Source of the DNA: an uncultured candidatus Porisulfidus sp.
Lineage (GTDB): Bacteria; Pseudomonadota; Gammaproteobacteria; Poriferisulfidales; Poriferisulfidaceae
Assembly: GCA_965199755.1 (NCBI GenBank)
Contig: CBDASZ010000001.1
Location: 384,001-448,000, forward strand
Length of the DNA stretch: 64,000 bases
Reading direction: 5' to 3'
The notes below the pieces were generated by a model that did not search any database, was not told the origin of the DNA, and worked only from the letters and a program-made list of their open reading frames with translations. The translations under genes were made by a program, and so were the position numbers. Shown here one piece after another: positions 40,515-50,138 of this stretch. How positions within the stretch are numbered: position 1 is the first letter of the stretch; each line of letters opens with the position of its first letter.

Positions 40515-41503
40515 GCCTGGGATCGAAAGCGGGCCGTCAGGCGCAAGTGCGTCAGCACAGACAGCAGCAGCAGCGCGGCGACCACGTTATGCGCGGTGGC
40601 GAGCGTGAGCGGCAGTGCGAAGATGACATTGCCGACTCCCAGCGCAACTTGCAAGACCAGCAGGTGCAGCAGCGCCACGGTACATCTGCGCAGCGCCCGG
40701 ATTCGGCTGCGGATGCTGGTGATGGCCAGACCGAGAAGCAGCACGGTTGTGAGCAGCGCGCCGATGCGGTGACTGACGTGAATGGCGGTGCGCGCGGGGC
40801 TGTCGAGGACACCGAATTCATAGTTAATGCCGAGTCCGCGCCACAGCACGAAAGCATCCGCAAAATTCATGCCGTCCGGCCACCACTCTCCGCGGCAGGT
40901 TGGGAAATCCACACAAGCCAGCGCGGCGTAGTTGGTGCTGGTCCAGCCACCCATGAAAATTTGCACGATGAGCATCGCCAGCGCCGCCAGACCCAGACGA
41001 CGCAGGGCGCGCGGCCCGGAATCCGGCACCGACCAGCGCCGATGTCGCATCCATGCCCACCATAACAAGCTCAGGGTTGCGAAGCCGCCGAACAGGTGCG
41101 CGGTGACAATCAGAGGCTTGAGTTGCAAGGTGACAGTCCACATGCCGAGCACGGCCTGCACCCCGACCAGCAGCAGCAGGCCGCTCATCAATCTCGTCAG
41201 GCACCGGTCGCCGCGACCCGCGGCGCACATCACCGTGAGGCCGAGAATTACCAGCCCCAGCGCGCCGGCCAGATAGCGGTGCAGCATCTCGCGCCATGCG
41301 GCACTGGCATCGTATTCGCCACGTGGGTCCAGCGCCTTGGCCGCTTCAATTTCCTGTGTGGTTTCGGGCAGGGAGGCCAGATGCCCGTAGCAGCCCGGCC
41401 AGTCTGGGCAGCCCAGTCCGGCGTCCGTTAGTCGCACCCAGGCACCGAGCACGATGACCAAAATGGTCAGCGTGAGAGAGGTGGCTAACAGGCGTGTGAA
41501 CAT
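40511..41503 (-). CDS. ctaA: Heme A synthase (COX15/CtaA)
   Basis: GLGCPDWPGC, EMLHR, conserved His residues. Confidence 0.93.
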   Translation of the reverse strand: MFTRLLATSLTLTILVIVLGAWVRLTDAGLGCPDWPGCYGHLASLPETTQEIEAAKALDPRGEYDASAAWREMLHRYLAGALGLVILGLTVMCAAGRGDRCLTRLMSGLLLLVGVQAVLGMWTVTLQLKPLIVTAHLFGGFATLSLLWWAWMRHRRWSVPDSGPRALRRLGLAALAMLIVQIFMGGWTSTNYAALACVDFPTCRGEWWPDGMNFADAFVLWRGLGINYEFGVLDSPARTAIHVSHRIGALLTTVLLLGLAITSIRSRIRALRRCTVALLHLLVLQVALGVGNVIFALPLTLATAHNVVAALLLLSVLTHLRLTARFRSQA

Positions 41504-41510
41504 GTCCGGC

Positions 41511-42320
41511 CTAGCCGATGCGCGATGCGGCGAGCAGACGCTTGAGATCTTTGAGCAAGCCTCGGGAAGTGGATTCCGGGGTGTAGTGCATGAACAGATT
41601 GCCGAGTGGGTCAATCAGGTACAGCGTGTCGGGAGGGAGTTCTTTGAATTTGTCGCTCCACCTTGCGATGAGTTGTCCCGGTCGCACCGCAGGAACAAGC
41701 CCTTGCCGCCTCGCCGCAGCATGCCCCCATCGAGCCTGTTCGCCCTCCAGATACAGGGTGTCAGGAGGGGGTGTTCCGACATGGCTGTCATCGGGGCGGT
41801 TGTCCCAATCGGTCAGCGCGTCCAAGGTGGAATCAGGTAATGTCTTAAAGACAGGCGGGAGCAGCCAGTCGGCATTGATGATCATGCGCCGTGGGTCGGA
41901 GGAGGCTTGATCCTCTGAGGAGTTAATCAGTATTTGCAGCACCAGGCGGTGCGGTCCCAGTCGCTGCAGCATGGGCGCATAGTCGCGAAGGTTCTTTTTG
42001 TTGTCGAGGAACACCAGCAACTGGGTGCGGTCGCGTTTGGAGCCGAGCGATTGGCGCACCTGGCGCATCATGAACAAAGTCGCCTCGCAATCCAGATCGC
42101 AAGAGGACTTTGAGGCGCGATACAGCAAGGACCAGCGCGGCTTGCCGTCCTTCTGATCAAGCGGCAGGGTGTCGACCAGACGCGGCGGCAGGATCAGTTC
42201 GCCGTTACTGACACCGCCGAGGCCGGTGCGCAGCTGCGGGTTGTAGTAAAGAACGGTGGAGGCGACTAGCGGGCCAATAAACACCAGAATCAGCGCAATC
42301 AAATACAGTCGCGAGCGCAT
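41511..42320 (-). CDS. Cox-cluster membrane-anchored thioredoxin/SCO-like protein with internal expansion
   Basis: N-terminal TM, NGELI.P, CxxxC, YLIDPLGN, KDLKRLL. Confidence 0.8.
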   Translation of the reverse strand: MRSRLYLIALILVFIGPLVASTVLYYNPQLRTGLGGVSNGELILPPRLVDTLPLDQKDGKPRWSLLYRASKSSCDLDCEATLFMMRQVRQSLGSKRDRTQLLVFLDNKKNLRDYAPMLQRLGPHRLVLQILINSSEDQASSDPRRMIINADWLLPPVFKTLPDSTLDALTDWDNRPDDSHVGTPPPDTLYLEGEQARWGHAAARRQGLVPAVRPGQLIARWSDKFKELPPDTLYLIDPLGNLFMHYTPESTSRGLLKDLKRLLAASRIG

Positions 42321-42358
42321 CAGCTTGCGTGCGTCTGGGTGTGCGTCCAGATGAAACA

Positions 42359-43081
42359 TCAGCGTGTGCGCATCAGGTGCAGGAAGTACAGTAGCAGCAA
42401 GACCAGCACGGCACTGGCCATGGCGAACCATTGCACGGCGTATCCGGTATGCTTGGCGGCGCTCATCGGCGGGGCGGGCCAGGCGCGTACAAAGCCGTTT
42501 TGTTGGTTGTCAGCGAGGCGTACGGTGGCCGCGATCAGCGACAGTTCACCCAGACGTTCCGCCAGCCGTTCATAGTCGAGGTCCTGGATGATCTGTGGCC
42601 AGCCATGGCCTTCCATCAGGAAGTCGGCATCGGTGAACGGATTTTGCTCGGTGCGGTAGAGCAGACCCTCAATCTGAATTTCTTCTTCTCCAGGAACCGG
42701 AATGTCCGGCAGGCTCTGACGGTCGCTGTGCGCGCGTACCCAGCCGCGGTTGATGAGCACCACCTGTTCGTAGTTAGCGAGTTCAAATGGCGTGAGCACG
42801 TGGAAGCCGACCTGTTTGTTCTGAATCTGGTTGTCGAGCAGGAACTGACGCGACAGATAGCGCCCGCGCAGGCGGATATGACGGCCATGCAGTTCCTCCA
42901 GAGTGCCGTCGGGGAAGTGTGTAAGATACACCGGCGTCAGTTGTGCGCGTTTCTGTGCCTGCGCGTCCGCAGCTTCGCGTTGCTCGGCGCGCTGCAGTTG
43001 CCAGAAGCCCAGCGACATAAAAATCGCAATCAGCGCGACGGCAGCAAGCGTAATCAGCAGGGTTGGTCGCGGCGAGGACAT
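42359..43081 (-). CDS. SURF1 family protein
   Basis: LGFWQLQRA, INRGWV, H.GYAVQWF. Confidence 0.93.
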   Translation of the reverse strand: MSSPRPTLLITLAAVALIAIFMSLGFWQLQRAEQREAADAQAQKRAQLTPVYLTHFPDGTLEELHGRHIRLRGRYLSRQFLLDNQIQNKQVGFHVLTPFELANYEQVVLINRGWVRAHSDRQSLPDIPVPGEEEIQIEGLLYRTEQNPFTDADFLMEGHGWPQIIQDLDYERLAERLGELSLIAATVRLADNQQNGFVRAWPAPPMSAAKHTGYAVQWFAMASAVLVLLLLYFLHLMRTR

Positions 43082-43102
43082 CAGCAGCGGGGCATTAATG
43101 CG

Positions 43103-43312
43103 ATGGGAGTTTTGATTGTTATTTTTCTGGTGGCGATTATGGCCGCCTTGTTTTCCGCACTGCTGTTCCTGGTGCGGGACCGCAGTTCCGGCAATCGCGT
43201 GGTGCGCGCCTTGACGTGGCGAGTGGGCCTGTCAATCGGGCTGTTTCTGATATTGATGCTGGCGGCGTGGCTGGGCTGGGTTGAGCCCCACGGCCTGTAC
43301 CCCGCTCCGTGA
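43103..43312 (+). CDS. Twin-transmembrane small protein (DUF2909/HIG1-like)
   Basis: ALTWRVGLS motif; standard position between cox3 and SURF1. Confidence 0.85.
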   Translation: MGVLIVIFLVAIMAALFSALLFLVRDRSSGNRVVRALTWRVGLSIGLFLILMLAAWLGWVEPHGLYPAP

Positions 43313-43322
43313 GGTGACGGCT

Positions 43323-44192
43323 TCAGAGCCAATAGACGAACACAAACAGTCCGAGCCACACGACGTCCACAAAGTGCCAGTACCATGCCGCCGCCTCAAA
43401 GGCGAAGTGGCGTTCCGGCGTGAAATGCCCGGCGATCGAGCGAAACAGCACCACCGTAAGGATTAAGGCACCAATGGTGACGTGCAGCCCGTGGAAGCCG
43501 GTCAGCATATAGAAGGTAGAGCCGTAGATGCCGGACCCCAGCGTCAGGTTCAGATCCAGATAGCCGTGCATGTATTCGACGGCCTGCAGCGCCACGAACA
43601 GGAAGCCCAGTCCAACGGTGAGGATCAGACCTACGATCAGTTGTCCGCGATGTCCGCTGCGCAGTGCATGATGGGCCCAAGTGACGGTGCCACCGCTGGT
43701 GAGCAGGATGATGGTGTTGAGTGCGGGCAGCCCCCACGCCGACATAATCTGAAAGTCGCCGCCGATTTGCTCCGGGCCGTTCGCGGTAGACGGCCACAAG
43801 GCTTCGTAGCCACTCCACAAATAGGTGTTGGTCATCACGCCGATGCTTTCGCCCCCGAGCCAGGGCAGGGAGTATTTGCGGGCGTAGTAAAGTGCGCCGA
43901 AGAAGGCGGCGAAGAACATCACCTCGGAGAAGATGAACCAGAACATGCCCCAGCGGAATGACAGATCCACCTGCGGGTTGTAGATCTCGGCTTCCGATTC
44001 CTTGATGACGGTGCCGAACCAGCCGAACATCATCAACAGCACGGTCATCAGACCGCCGGCGAAAATCCAGAAGCCAATATTGGATTCCAGCATCATCATG
44101 GCCGCGCCGACCAAGGTGGCGCACAGGCCAATCGAGCCGACTATCGGCCAGTGGCTCGGATTGGGAATGTAGTAAAGCGTGGAGTCGGACAT
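43323..44192 (-). CDS. ctaE: Cytochrome c oxidase subunit III
   Basis: FIFSEVMFF, TGFHGLHV, WYWHFVDVVW. Confidence 0.96.
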   Translation of the reverse strand: MSDSTLYYIPNPSHWPIVGSIGLCATLVGAAMMMLESNIGFWIFAGGLMTVLLMMFGWFGTVIKESEAEIYNPQVDLSFRWGMFWFIFSEVMFFAAFFGALYYARKYSLPWLGGESIGVMTNTYLWSGYEALWPSTANGPEQIGGDFQIMSAWGLPALNTIILLTSGGTVTWAHHALRSGHRGQLIVGLILTVGLGFLFVALQAVEYMHGYLDLNLTLGSGIYGSTFYMLTGFHGLHVTIGALILTVVLFRSIAGHFTPERHFAFEAAAWYWHFVDVVWLGLFVFVYWL

Positions 44193-44199
44193 GGTGGCT

Positions 44200-44739
44200 T
44201 CAACCGGGCTGTGAGTTCGTGACATCAAAGAAGGTGTAAGACAGGGTCAGGGTATCCACTTTGGCCGGTAGCTTGGGGCTGACGCGAAACACCAAAGGCA
44301 TGGCGATCTGTTCGCCGGCGGCGAGTTCCTGTCGATTGAAGCAGAAGCATTCCTGCTTGATCAGGTGTGGTGCGGCGGCTGGCGGCGCGACCGCAGGCAC
44401 GGCTTGACCGGCCATGGCGCGCTCGGTGCGGTTGTACGCGTGGAATACGGTCTGATAGGTCTCGCCAGGGCGCACTTTCATCTCGAACTGGTCCGGGCGA
44501 AACTCCCACGGCATGGCGTGATTGACCGCAGTGACGAACTGCAGTGTGATTTCCCGATCCGCGGCCACGGGTGCGGTGTCGGTAAGTTCGGCTGCCTGAT
44601 TCAGATTGCTGGTCGAGCCGGACAGGCCGGTCAGGTCGCATAGGGCATCGTACAGCGGCACCAGCGCGTAGCCGAAGCCGAGCATCAGGACGCAGAAGAC
44701 GGCGATCTTGCCAGCGGTACGTTGATTGCTGCGATTCAT
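44200..44739 (-). CDS. ctaG: Cytochrome c oxidase assembly protein Cox11
   Basis: VPLY..C, ECFCF, LSYTFF. Confidence 0.94.
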   Translation of the reverse strand: MNRSNQRTAGKIAVFCVLMLGFGYALVPLYDALCDLTGLSGSTSNLNQAAELTDTAPVAADREITLQFVTAVNHAMPWEFRPDQFEMKVRPGETYQTVFHAYNRTERAMAGQAVPAVAPPAAAPHLIKQECFCFNRQELAAGEQIAMPLVFRVSPKLPAKVDTLTLSYTFFDVTNSQPG

Positions 44740-44846
44740 CAGGCGGTTCCTACCAGAATGTAGAAGCCTACGTAGATACCGATAGCGATGGTGGCGACAA
44801 TCCAGGCCGTACGCAGTGCTGATTTGCGCCTTTCGGTGCTGCTCAC
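44739..44846 (-). CDS. 35-aa single-TM protein in the cox operon
   Basis: VSSTERRKSALRTAWIVATIAIGIYVGFYILVGTA; GTG overlaps coxI stop, its stop overlaps ctaG start. Confidence 0.65.
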   Translation of the reverse strand: MSSTERRKSALRTAWIVATIAIGIYVGFYILVGTA

Positions 44847-46423
44847 TTGACGATCGGAGGCGTGGTGAAACTGTGGTACGGCGGCGGTGAGGGCAGCGTC
44901 CACTCCAGACCTTCCGCGCCTTCCCAGCACTGATCCGTGGCCTTCTTGCCGCCGCGAATCGTCTGCACCACGATATACAGGAACAGCAACTGCGCGAAGC
45001 CGAACCCAAATGCGCCGACCGAGGCCAGCATGTTGTAGTCCGCGAACTGCAGCGCGTAATCCGGGACGCGCCGCGGCATGCCAGCAAGTCCGACGAAGTG
45101 CATCGGGAAGAAAGTCAGATTAACGAAAATGGTCGACAGCCAGAAATGCCACTTGCCGTGAGCCTCCGAATAATGGTGTCCGGTCCATTTCGGCAGCCAG
45201 TAATAGACCGCCGCCATGATGGCGAAGATAGAGCCTGGTACCAGCACATAATGGAAGTGCGCGACCACGAAATAGGAGTCGTGATACTGGAAGTCAGCCG
45301 GCACAATCGCCAGCATGAGACCGGAGAACCCGCCAATCGTGAACATCACGATGAAGCCGATCGCAAACAGCATCGGGGTCTCAAAAGTCATCGAGCCGCG
45401 CCACATGGTGGCCACCCAGTTGAAGACCTTGACGCCGGTGGGCACCGCGATCAGCATGGTCGCGAACATAAAGAACAATTCGCCAGCTAAAGGCATGCCA
45501 ACGGTGAACATGTGATGCGCCCAGACAATGAATGACAAAAAGGCGATTGAGGCGGTGGCGTAGACCATCGAACTGTAGCCGAACAGCGGTTTGCGCGAAA
45601 AGGTCGGCAGGATGCTTGAGACCACGCCGAACGAGGGCAGGATCAGAATGTAGACCTCAGGGTGTCCGAAGAACCAGAAAATGTGCTGGAACATGACTGG
45701 GTCGCCGCCGCCGGCCGCGTTGAAGAAACTGGTGGCAAAGAACTTGTCGGTCAGCAGCATGGTGACACCGCCGGCGAGCACCGGCATCACCGCGATCAGC
45801 AAGAAGGCCGTGATCAGCCAGGTCCACACAAACAGCGGCATCTGCATCATGCCCATGGTCGGGGCGCGCATGTTGAGGATGGTCGCGATGACATTGATCG
45901 CGCCCATGATTGAGGACAGTCCCATGAAGTGAATGGCGAAAATCACAAACGGCAGCGCGTCACCGGTTTGTAGGGTCAGCGGCGGGTACAGAGTCCAGCC
46001 GCCGGCCGGGCCGCCGCCGTCCATAAACATGGTCGACAGCAACATGGTGAAGGCGAACGGCAGGATCCAGAAACTCCAGTTGTTCAGACGCGGTAGCGCC
46101 ATGTCGGTGGCACCGACCATCAGCGGAATCTGCCAGTTGGCCAAGCCGGTAAAGGCCGGCATGACGACTCCGAAGATCATGACCAGCGCATGCAGCGTGG
46201 TCATTGAATTGAAGAACTGCGGATCGACGAACTGCAGGCCCGGAGAGAACAACTCGCCGCGAATCACCAGCGCCATGGCACCGCCGATAAAGAACATGAT
46301 CATGGCCAGCCATAAATACAGCGTGCCAATGTCCTTGTGATTGGTGGTGGTCACCCAGCGCCACAGGCCACTGGGATGATGGTCGTCGTGATGGTCGTCG
46401 TGTGCGAGGGCCGTGTCGCTCAT
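44843..46423 (-). CDS. ctaD: Cytochrome c oxidase subunit I
   Basis: HKDIG, GHPEVY, WAHH, HFHY. Confidence 0.98.
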   Translation of the reverse strand: MSDTALAHDDHHDDHHPSGLWRWVTTTNHKDIGTLYLWLAMIMFFIGGAMALVIRGELFSPGLQFVDPQFFNSMTTLHALVMIFGVVMPAFTGLANWQIPLMVGATDMALPRLNNWSFWILPFAFTMLLSTMFMDGGGPAGGWTLYPPLTLQTGDALPFVIFAIHFMGLSSIMGAINVIATILNMRAPTMGMMQMPLFVWTWLITAFLLIAVMPVLAGGVTMLLTDKFFATSFFNAAGGGDPVMFQHIFWFFGHPEVYILILPSFGVVSSILPTFSRKPLFGYSSMVYATASIAFLSFIVWAHHMFTVGMPLAGELFFMFATMLIAVPTGVKVFNWVATMWRGSMTFETPMLFAIGFIVMFTIGGFSGLMLAIVPADFQYHDSYFVVAHFHYVLVPGSIFAIMAAVYYWLPKWTGHHYSEAHGKWHFWLSTIFVNLTFFPMHFVGLAGMPRRVPDYALQFADYNMLASVGAFGFGFAQLLFLYIVVQTIRGGKKATDQCWEGAEGLEWTLPSPPPYHSFTTPPIVK

Positions 46424-46441
46424 GGGGCGGGACTCCAGAGG

Positions 46442-47335
46442 TTAGGGAGTGGTGCCGGCGCTGTGCTCGGCGATCCAGGTCTGAAATTCTTCCGGTGAGA
46501 CGGCGTGTACTTCAATCGGCATGAAGCCGTGGTCGCGTCCGCACAACTCGGCGCACTGGCCGCGATATACGCCCGGTGTGTCGATCTTGGTCCACATCTC
46601 ATTGATGAAGCCCGGAATGGCGTCTTTCTTGAGGGCCAGATCCGGCACCCACCAGGCGTGCAGGACGTCGCTCGCCGTGATCAGCAAGCGTATCTTGGTG
46701 CCTGTCGGCACCACCAGCGGGCGGTCGACTTCCAGCAAATAGTTCGGATTTTTGGCGGCGTCGGCGTAGATTTCTTCACGCGGCGTCGCCAGATAGGAGT
46801 AGAAACTGTGTCCGTGGTCCAGATATTCGTATTGCCACAGCCACTGATAGCCGGTGATTTTGATGGTCATGTCCGGGTTTCGGGAGTCTTCCATCTTGAT
46901 CAAAGTGGCGGTGGCCGGCACGGCCATCGCGATCAGAATGATGAAGGGGACTACCGTCCAGAGCACCTCAATCGTGGTGCTTTCGTGGAAACTCGCCGCC
47001 ACCGCGCCGCGAGACTTGCGGTGCATCAGAATGGAATAAAACATGGCACCGAACACCACAACGCCGATCACCACGCAAATCCAGAAGATCAGCATGTGCA
47101 GGTCGTACACGATCGAACTGATTTCGGTCACGCCCACCGGCATGTTGAGTGTGTCCCAACCGGCATGGGCGACCGGCGCGAAGGCTGTGAGAAGCAACGC
47201 CAACGGGCGCAGTGACACCACCGCGCATCGGCGTGCGGCGGCGCGAATAAAAGTGAGAAGGCGGCGTGAAAACCGCTTTGTTGCAAACGTCCGTGTCATG
47301 CGCGCCACAATGTGAGAAAAACTTGCCACAGGCAA
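46442..47335 (-). CDS. ctaC: Cytochrome c oxidase subunit II (start uncertain)
   Basis: DVLH, CAELCGRDHGFM CuA motif. Confidence 0.96.
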   Translation of the reverse strand: MPVASFSHIVARMTRTFATKRFSRRLLTFIRAAARRCAVVSLRPLALLLTAFAPVAHAGWDTLNMPVGVTEISSIVYDLHMLIFWICVVIGVVVFGAMFYSILMHRKSRGAVAASFHESTTIEVLWTVVPFIILIAMAVPATATLIKMEDSRNPDMTIKITGYQWLWQYEYLDHGHSFYSYLATPREEIYADAAKNPNYLLEVDRPLVVPTGTKIRLLITASDVLHAWWVPDLALKKDAIPGFINEMWTKIDTPGVYRGQCAELCGRDHGFMPIEVHAVSPEEFQTWIAEHSAGTTP

Positions 47336-47475
47336 GAAAATTTACGGGACTTAATATACAACATCGCGCCTGCGTGCGCAGTCTCAGCTGCCAGCCGTGC
47401 AGTGTACAATGACTGTTCCGACAGGTGTGAAGCCTGTATGCAACCCGAACATTTATCGAACCAGGAGGATGTGTC

Positions 47476-47802
47476 TTGAGTTCCCAGATCGCCGCCGTTT
47501 CAGACGGCAGTTTTGAGGAAGAGGTACTGGCCTGCGACGGGCCAGTACTGGTTGATTTTTGGGCTGAATGGTGCGGCCCGTGTCGCCAGATCGGCCCGAT
47601 CCTCGAAGAACTCGCACCGGTCTACGATGGTCGGCTGCGCATGCTCAAAATGGATGTGGACGACAACCGGGAGACGCCGACGAAATACGGCATTCGCGGT
47701 ATTCCCACCCTGATCATCTTCAAAAACGGTGAGGCGGCCGACCAGCAGGTCGGCGCGAGGTCGAAGTCCCAGCTCACCGCGTTTATCGAAGAGAACCTCT
47801 AA
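47476..47802 (+). CDS. trxA: Thioredoxin
   Basis: WCGPC; AGGAGG RBS with TTG start. Confidence 0.97.
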   Translation: MSSQIAAVSDGSFEEEVLACDGPVLVDFWAEWCGPCRQIGPILEELAPVYDGRLRMLKMDVDDNRETPTKYGIRGIPTLIIFKNGEAADQQVGARSKSQLTAFIEENL

Positions 47803-47950
47803 GTCCGCGCCGCTGCCAGGCGGCGCATGTCACCCACAGGTTCGGACCAGATTCCGGGCCTGCCGTCAGGATGTGAAATCCGTTCCCCATTCGGGGTGAT
47901 TTTGGTGTACAACTGTGTTCTGTTTTTCACACCTCAATATGGAGGCACGG

Positions 47951-48589
47951 ATGTCACAAAATCAATCCCCCAAAATCGCTCGCTCATGCATGATCACACT
48001 GGCGAGTACGGTAGTGATGTTCGTGCTTTTCCTCAGCTTTGGTTACCTCAGTTTGTCTGACGATGCGCCGTTGCTTTCCTCTGCTGCGACCGAGGCCGCG
48101 CTGTACGCTGAGGAGCAGATACTGGAGACGGCGTCCGCTGATTCAGCGGAGCAGGCGGCGCAAATTGCCGCGCTACTGTTGCCTGATCTGCAACGGCAGC
48201 TGGAGCAGTTGCAGGCCCACGCTGACAGTACGTCGCAGGCGCGGGAGCAACAGCATGCGCAGGCGATGCAGCAATGGCGGCTTCAGATTGAGAAGCAGAC
48301 ACGCCAGTTGGAGCAGTTAAGTGCCAGTGTGCGAACACTGGGGAAGCGCCTTGCGCAAATGCAGGAAGCCCCTGATGAAATGGCGGATGTTGTGGGGCCG
48401 GAGTTTCGATTTCGTGGCATCGAAGTTTGGCACGGACGCGTGTATGCGCTGCTGGAACATGAAGGGAGAATTCTGACGGCGCGTGAGGGCGACTTCCGGT
48501 TGGGCTGGCGCATTCATGGCATTGATCGAGAACAACGCCGGCTGTATGTTGGCGACGGTACGCGCGAACTTATGCTGGAGCAATCATGA
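47951..48589 (+). CDS. Membrane-anchored coiled-coil protein, ICE (PFGI-1-like) type
   Basis: TM, long Gln-rich coil, C-terminal PEFRFRGIE..G.W beta domain; GGAGG RBS. Confidence 0.6.
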   Translation: MSQNQSPKIARSCMITLASTVVMFVLFLSFGYLSLSDDAPLLSSAATEAALYAEEQILETASADSAEQAAQIAALLLPDLQRQLEQLQAHADSTSQAREQQHAQAMQQWRLQIEKQTRQLEQLSASVRTLGKRLAQMQEAPDEMADVVGPEFRFRGIEVWHGRVYALLEHEGRILTAREGDFRLGWRIHGIDREQRRLYVGDGTRELMLEQS

Positions 48590-48963
48590 GCAGAGTTATC
48601 CGACCTTACACATATGTGATCTTCGTGCTGCTGGGGCTGGCGCTGTTTGGTGCTTCGTTGCTGACTGTCAAGGCCGCGCATGAGCGCGAAGTTCAGGAAG
48701 AAGCACTGCAAACGGATGCCGCGCGGCAGTTGGAACTGAGCGAAGAAGAATGGCGACAGTACCGTTCCTGGCGCGAGTTGATCGGCGCGCCGCTGGCGGA
48801 TCTAACGCCGTACGAGGTGCTCGGAATGTATGCGGATGACCCGCAGACCCAGCGCCGCTATGCGCTGCAGAGTGCCCGCTTCATGCTGGACTTTTACCGC
48901 CGCTCGATGGCTTTCGAGGCGCTTTATCGAGAGGAGATGGAGAAGCTCACGAAAACCGAATAA
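48586..48963 (+). CDS. Short homologue of TIGR03759-type integrating conjugative element protein
   Basis: LSEEEWRQY, LTPYEVLG, RRYA pattern; ATGA-coupled to upstream gene. Confidence 0.6.
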   Translation: MSRVIRPYTYVIFVLLGLALFGASLLTVKAAHEREVQEEALQTDAARQLELSEEEWRQYRSWRELIGAPLADLTPYEVLGMYADDPQTQRRYALQSARFMLDFYRRSMAFEALYREEMEKLTKTE

Positions 48964-48996
48964 ATGTAGGGGGTGTGTTAGAATTGCGCCCCCAAA

Positions 48997-49073
<77 letters not shown>

Positions 49074-49402
49074 CCGAAGATTTTGCCGTAACAGGCATTA
49101 ATTGCTCAGATATGGCAAATTTTGCGCAATCCAATGTCAAGATTGCGAAAGGGGAAATCAGGTTTTATTCATATTAAATCAACGTATTGCTATCATTCTC
49201 GGCGGATTTTCAGAAAAGTCGATGACAAAGAGAAAATGGCTAGATAATTACAACAATATCAGCACTTTCTTTCTTCAGGTGCGGCAAATTTCACGTAGAC
49301 TTACGCAAAAATCTATTTCCTCATTCGACTTGAACTGAAGTCCAGTCAGCCCCATGATTATTGTAGAATGAGAGTCATCACGAATTTGGAGAGGAACCCA
49401 TC

Positions 49403-50077
49403 ATGACACCGTCTCGCACACTCACGGCAGGCATTCCGGCGCTGAGCGCCAATCGGGTACTGCGCAACACTTACGCACTGCTGTCCTTGACGCTGCTGTT
49501 TAGCGCGCTCATGGCCGGTGTCTCCATGGCCATGCAGTGGCCGCACCCAGGACTGATTCTGACCCTGGTCGGCTATTTCGGGCTACTCTACTTGACCACA
49601 CGCTATCGCAACAGCGCTCTCGGACTGCTGTTTGTGTTCGCCTTAACCGGATTTATGGGTGCCACATTGGGGCCGATCCTCAGCTACTACATCATGAGCG
49701 GTGGCACGCAGCTGGTCGGTACCGCGCTGGGCATGACCGGCATCATCTTCCTCGCCCTGTCGGGCTACGTGCTGGTGTCGCGCAAGGATTTCAGTTTTAT
49801 GGGCGGCATGCTGTTCATCGGCATTCTGGTCGCTTTCTTGGGCGGGCTTGGCCTGATCGCCGCGTCGGCGTTCGGCATGAACGTCTCCGGTGCTATGCTG
49901 GGCATCTCCGCGATGTTCGTCCTGCTTATGAGCGGTCTGATCCTGTACCAGACCAGCGAGATCATCCATGGTGGCGAGACCAATTACATTATGGCGACCG
50001 TCACCTTGTTCGTCGCGCTGTTCAATCTGTTTACTTCCCTATTGCATCTGTTGTCTGCCTTCGGCGGGGACGACTGA
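49403..50077 (+). CDS. yccA: Bax inhibitor-1/YccA family membrane protein
   Basis: VLRNTYALL, GGETNYIMAT. Confidence 0.94.
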   Translation: MTPSRTLTAGIPALSANRVLRNTYALLSLTLLFSALMAGVSMAMQWPHPGLILTLVGYFGLLYLTTRYRNSALGLLFVFALTGFMGATLGPILSYYIMSGGTQLVGTALGMTGIIFLALSGYVLVSRKDFSFMGGMLFIGILVAFLGGLGLIAASAFGMNVSGAMLGISAMFVLLMSGLILYQTSEIIHGGETNYIMATVTLFVALFNLFTSLLHLLSAFGGDD

Positions 50078-50091
50078 TTGCCACCAACTTT

Positions 50092-50121
50092 GAGAGCCGC
50101 GGTAACGCGGCTCTCTCATTT
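50092..50121 (+). terminator. Hairpin after yccA
   Basis: GAGAGCCGCG-GTAA-CGCGGCTCTC with a weak T tail. Confidence 0.55.
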
Positions 50122-50138
50122 ACAGCCTGACTGCCCGC

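Noticed and set aside
47807-47826. GCGCCGC/GCGGCGC hairpin after trxA as a terminator or REP element
   Set aside because: No U-tract and no further copies noticed
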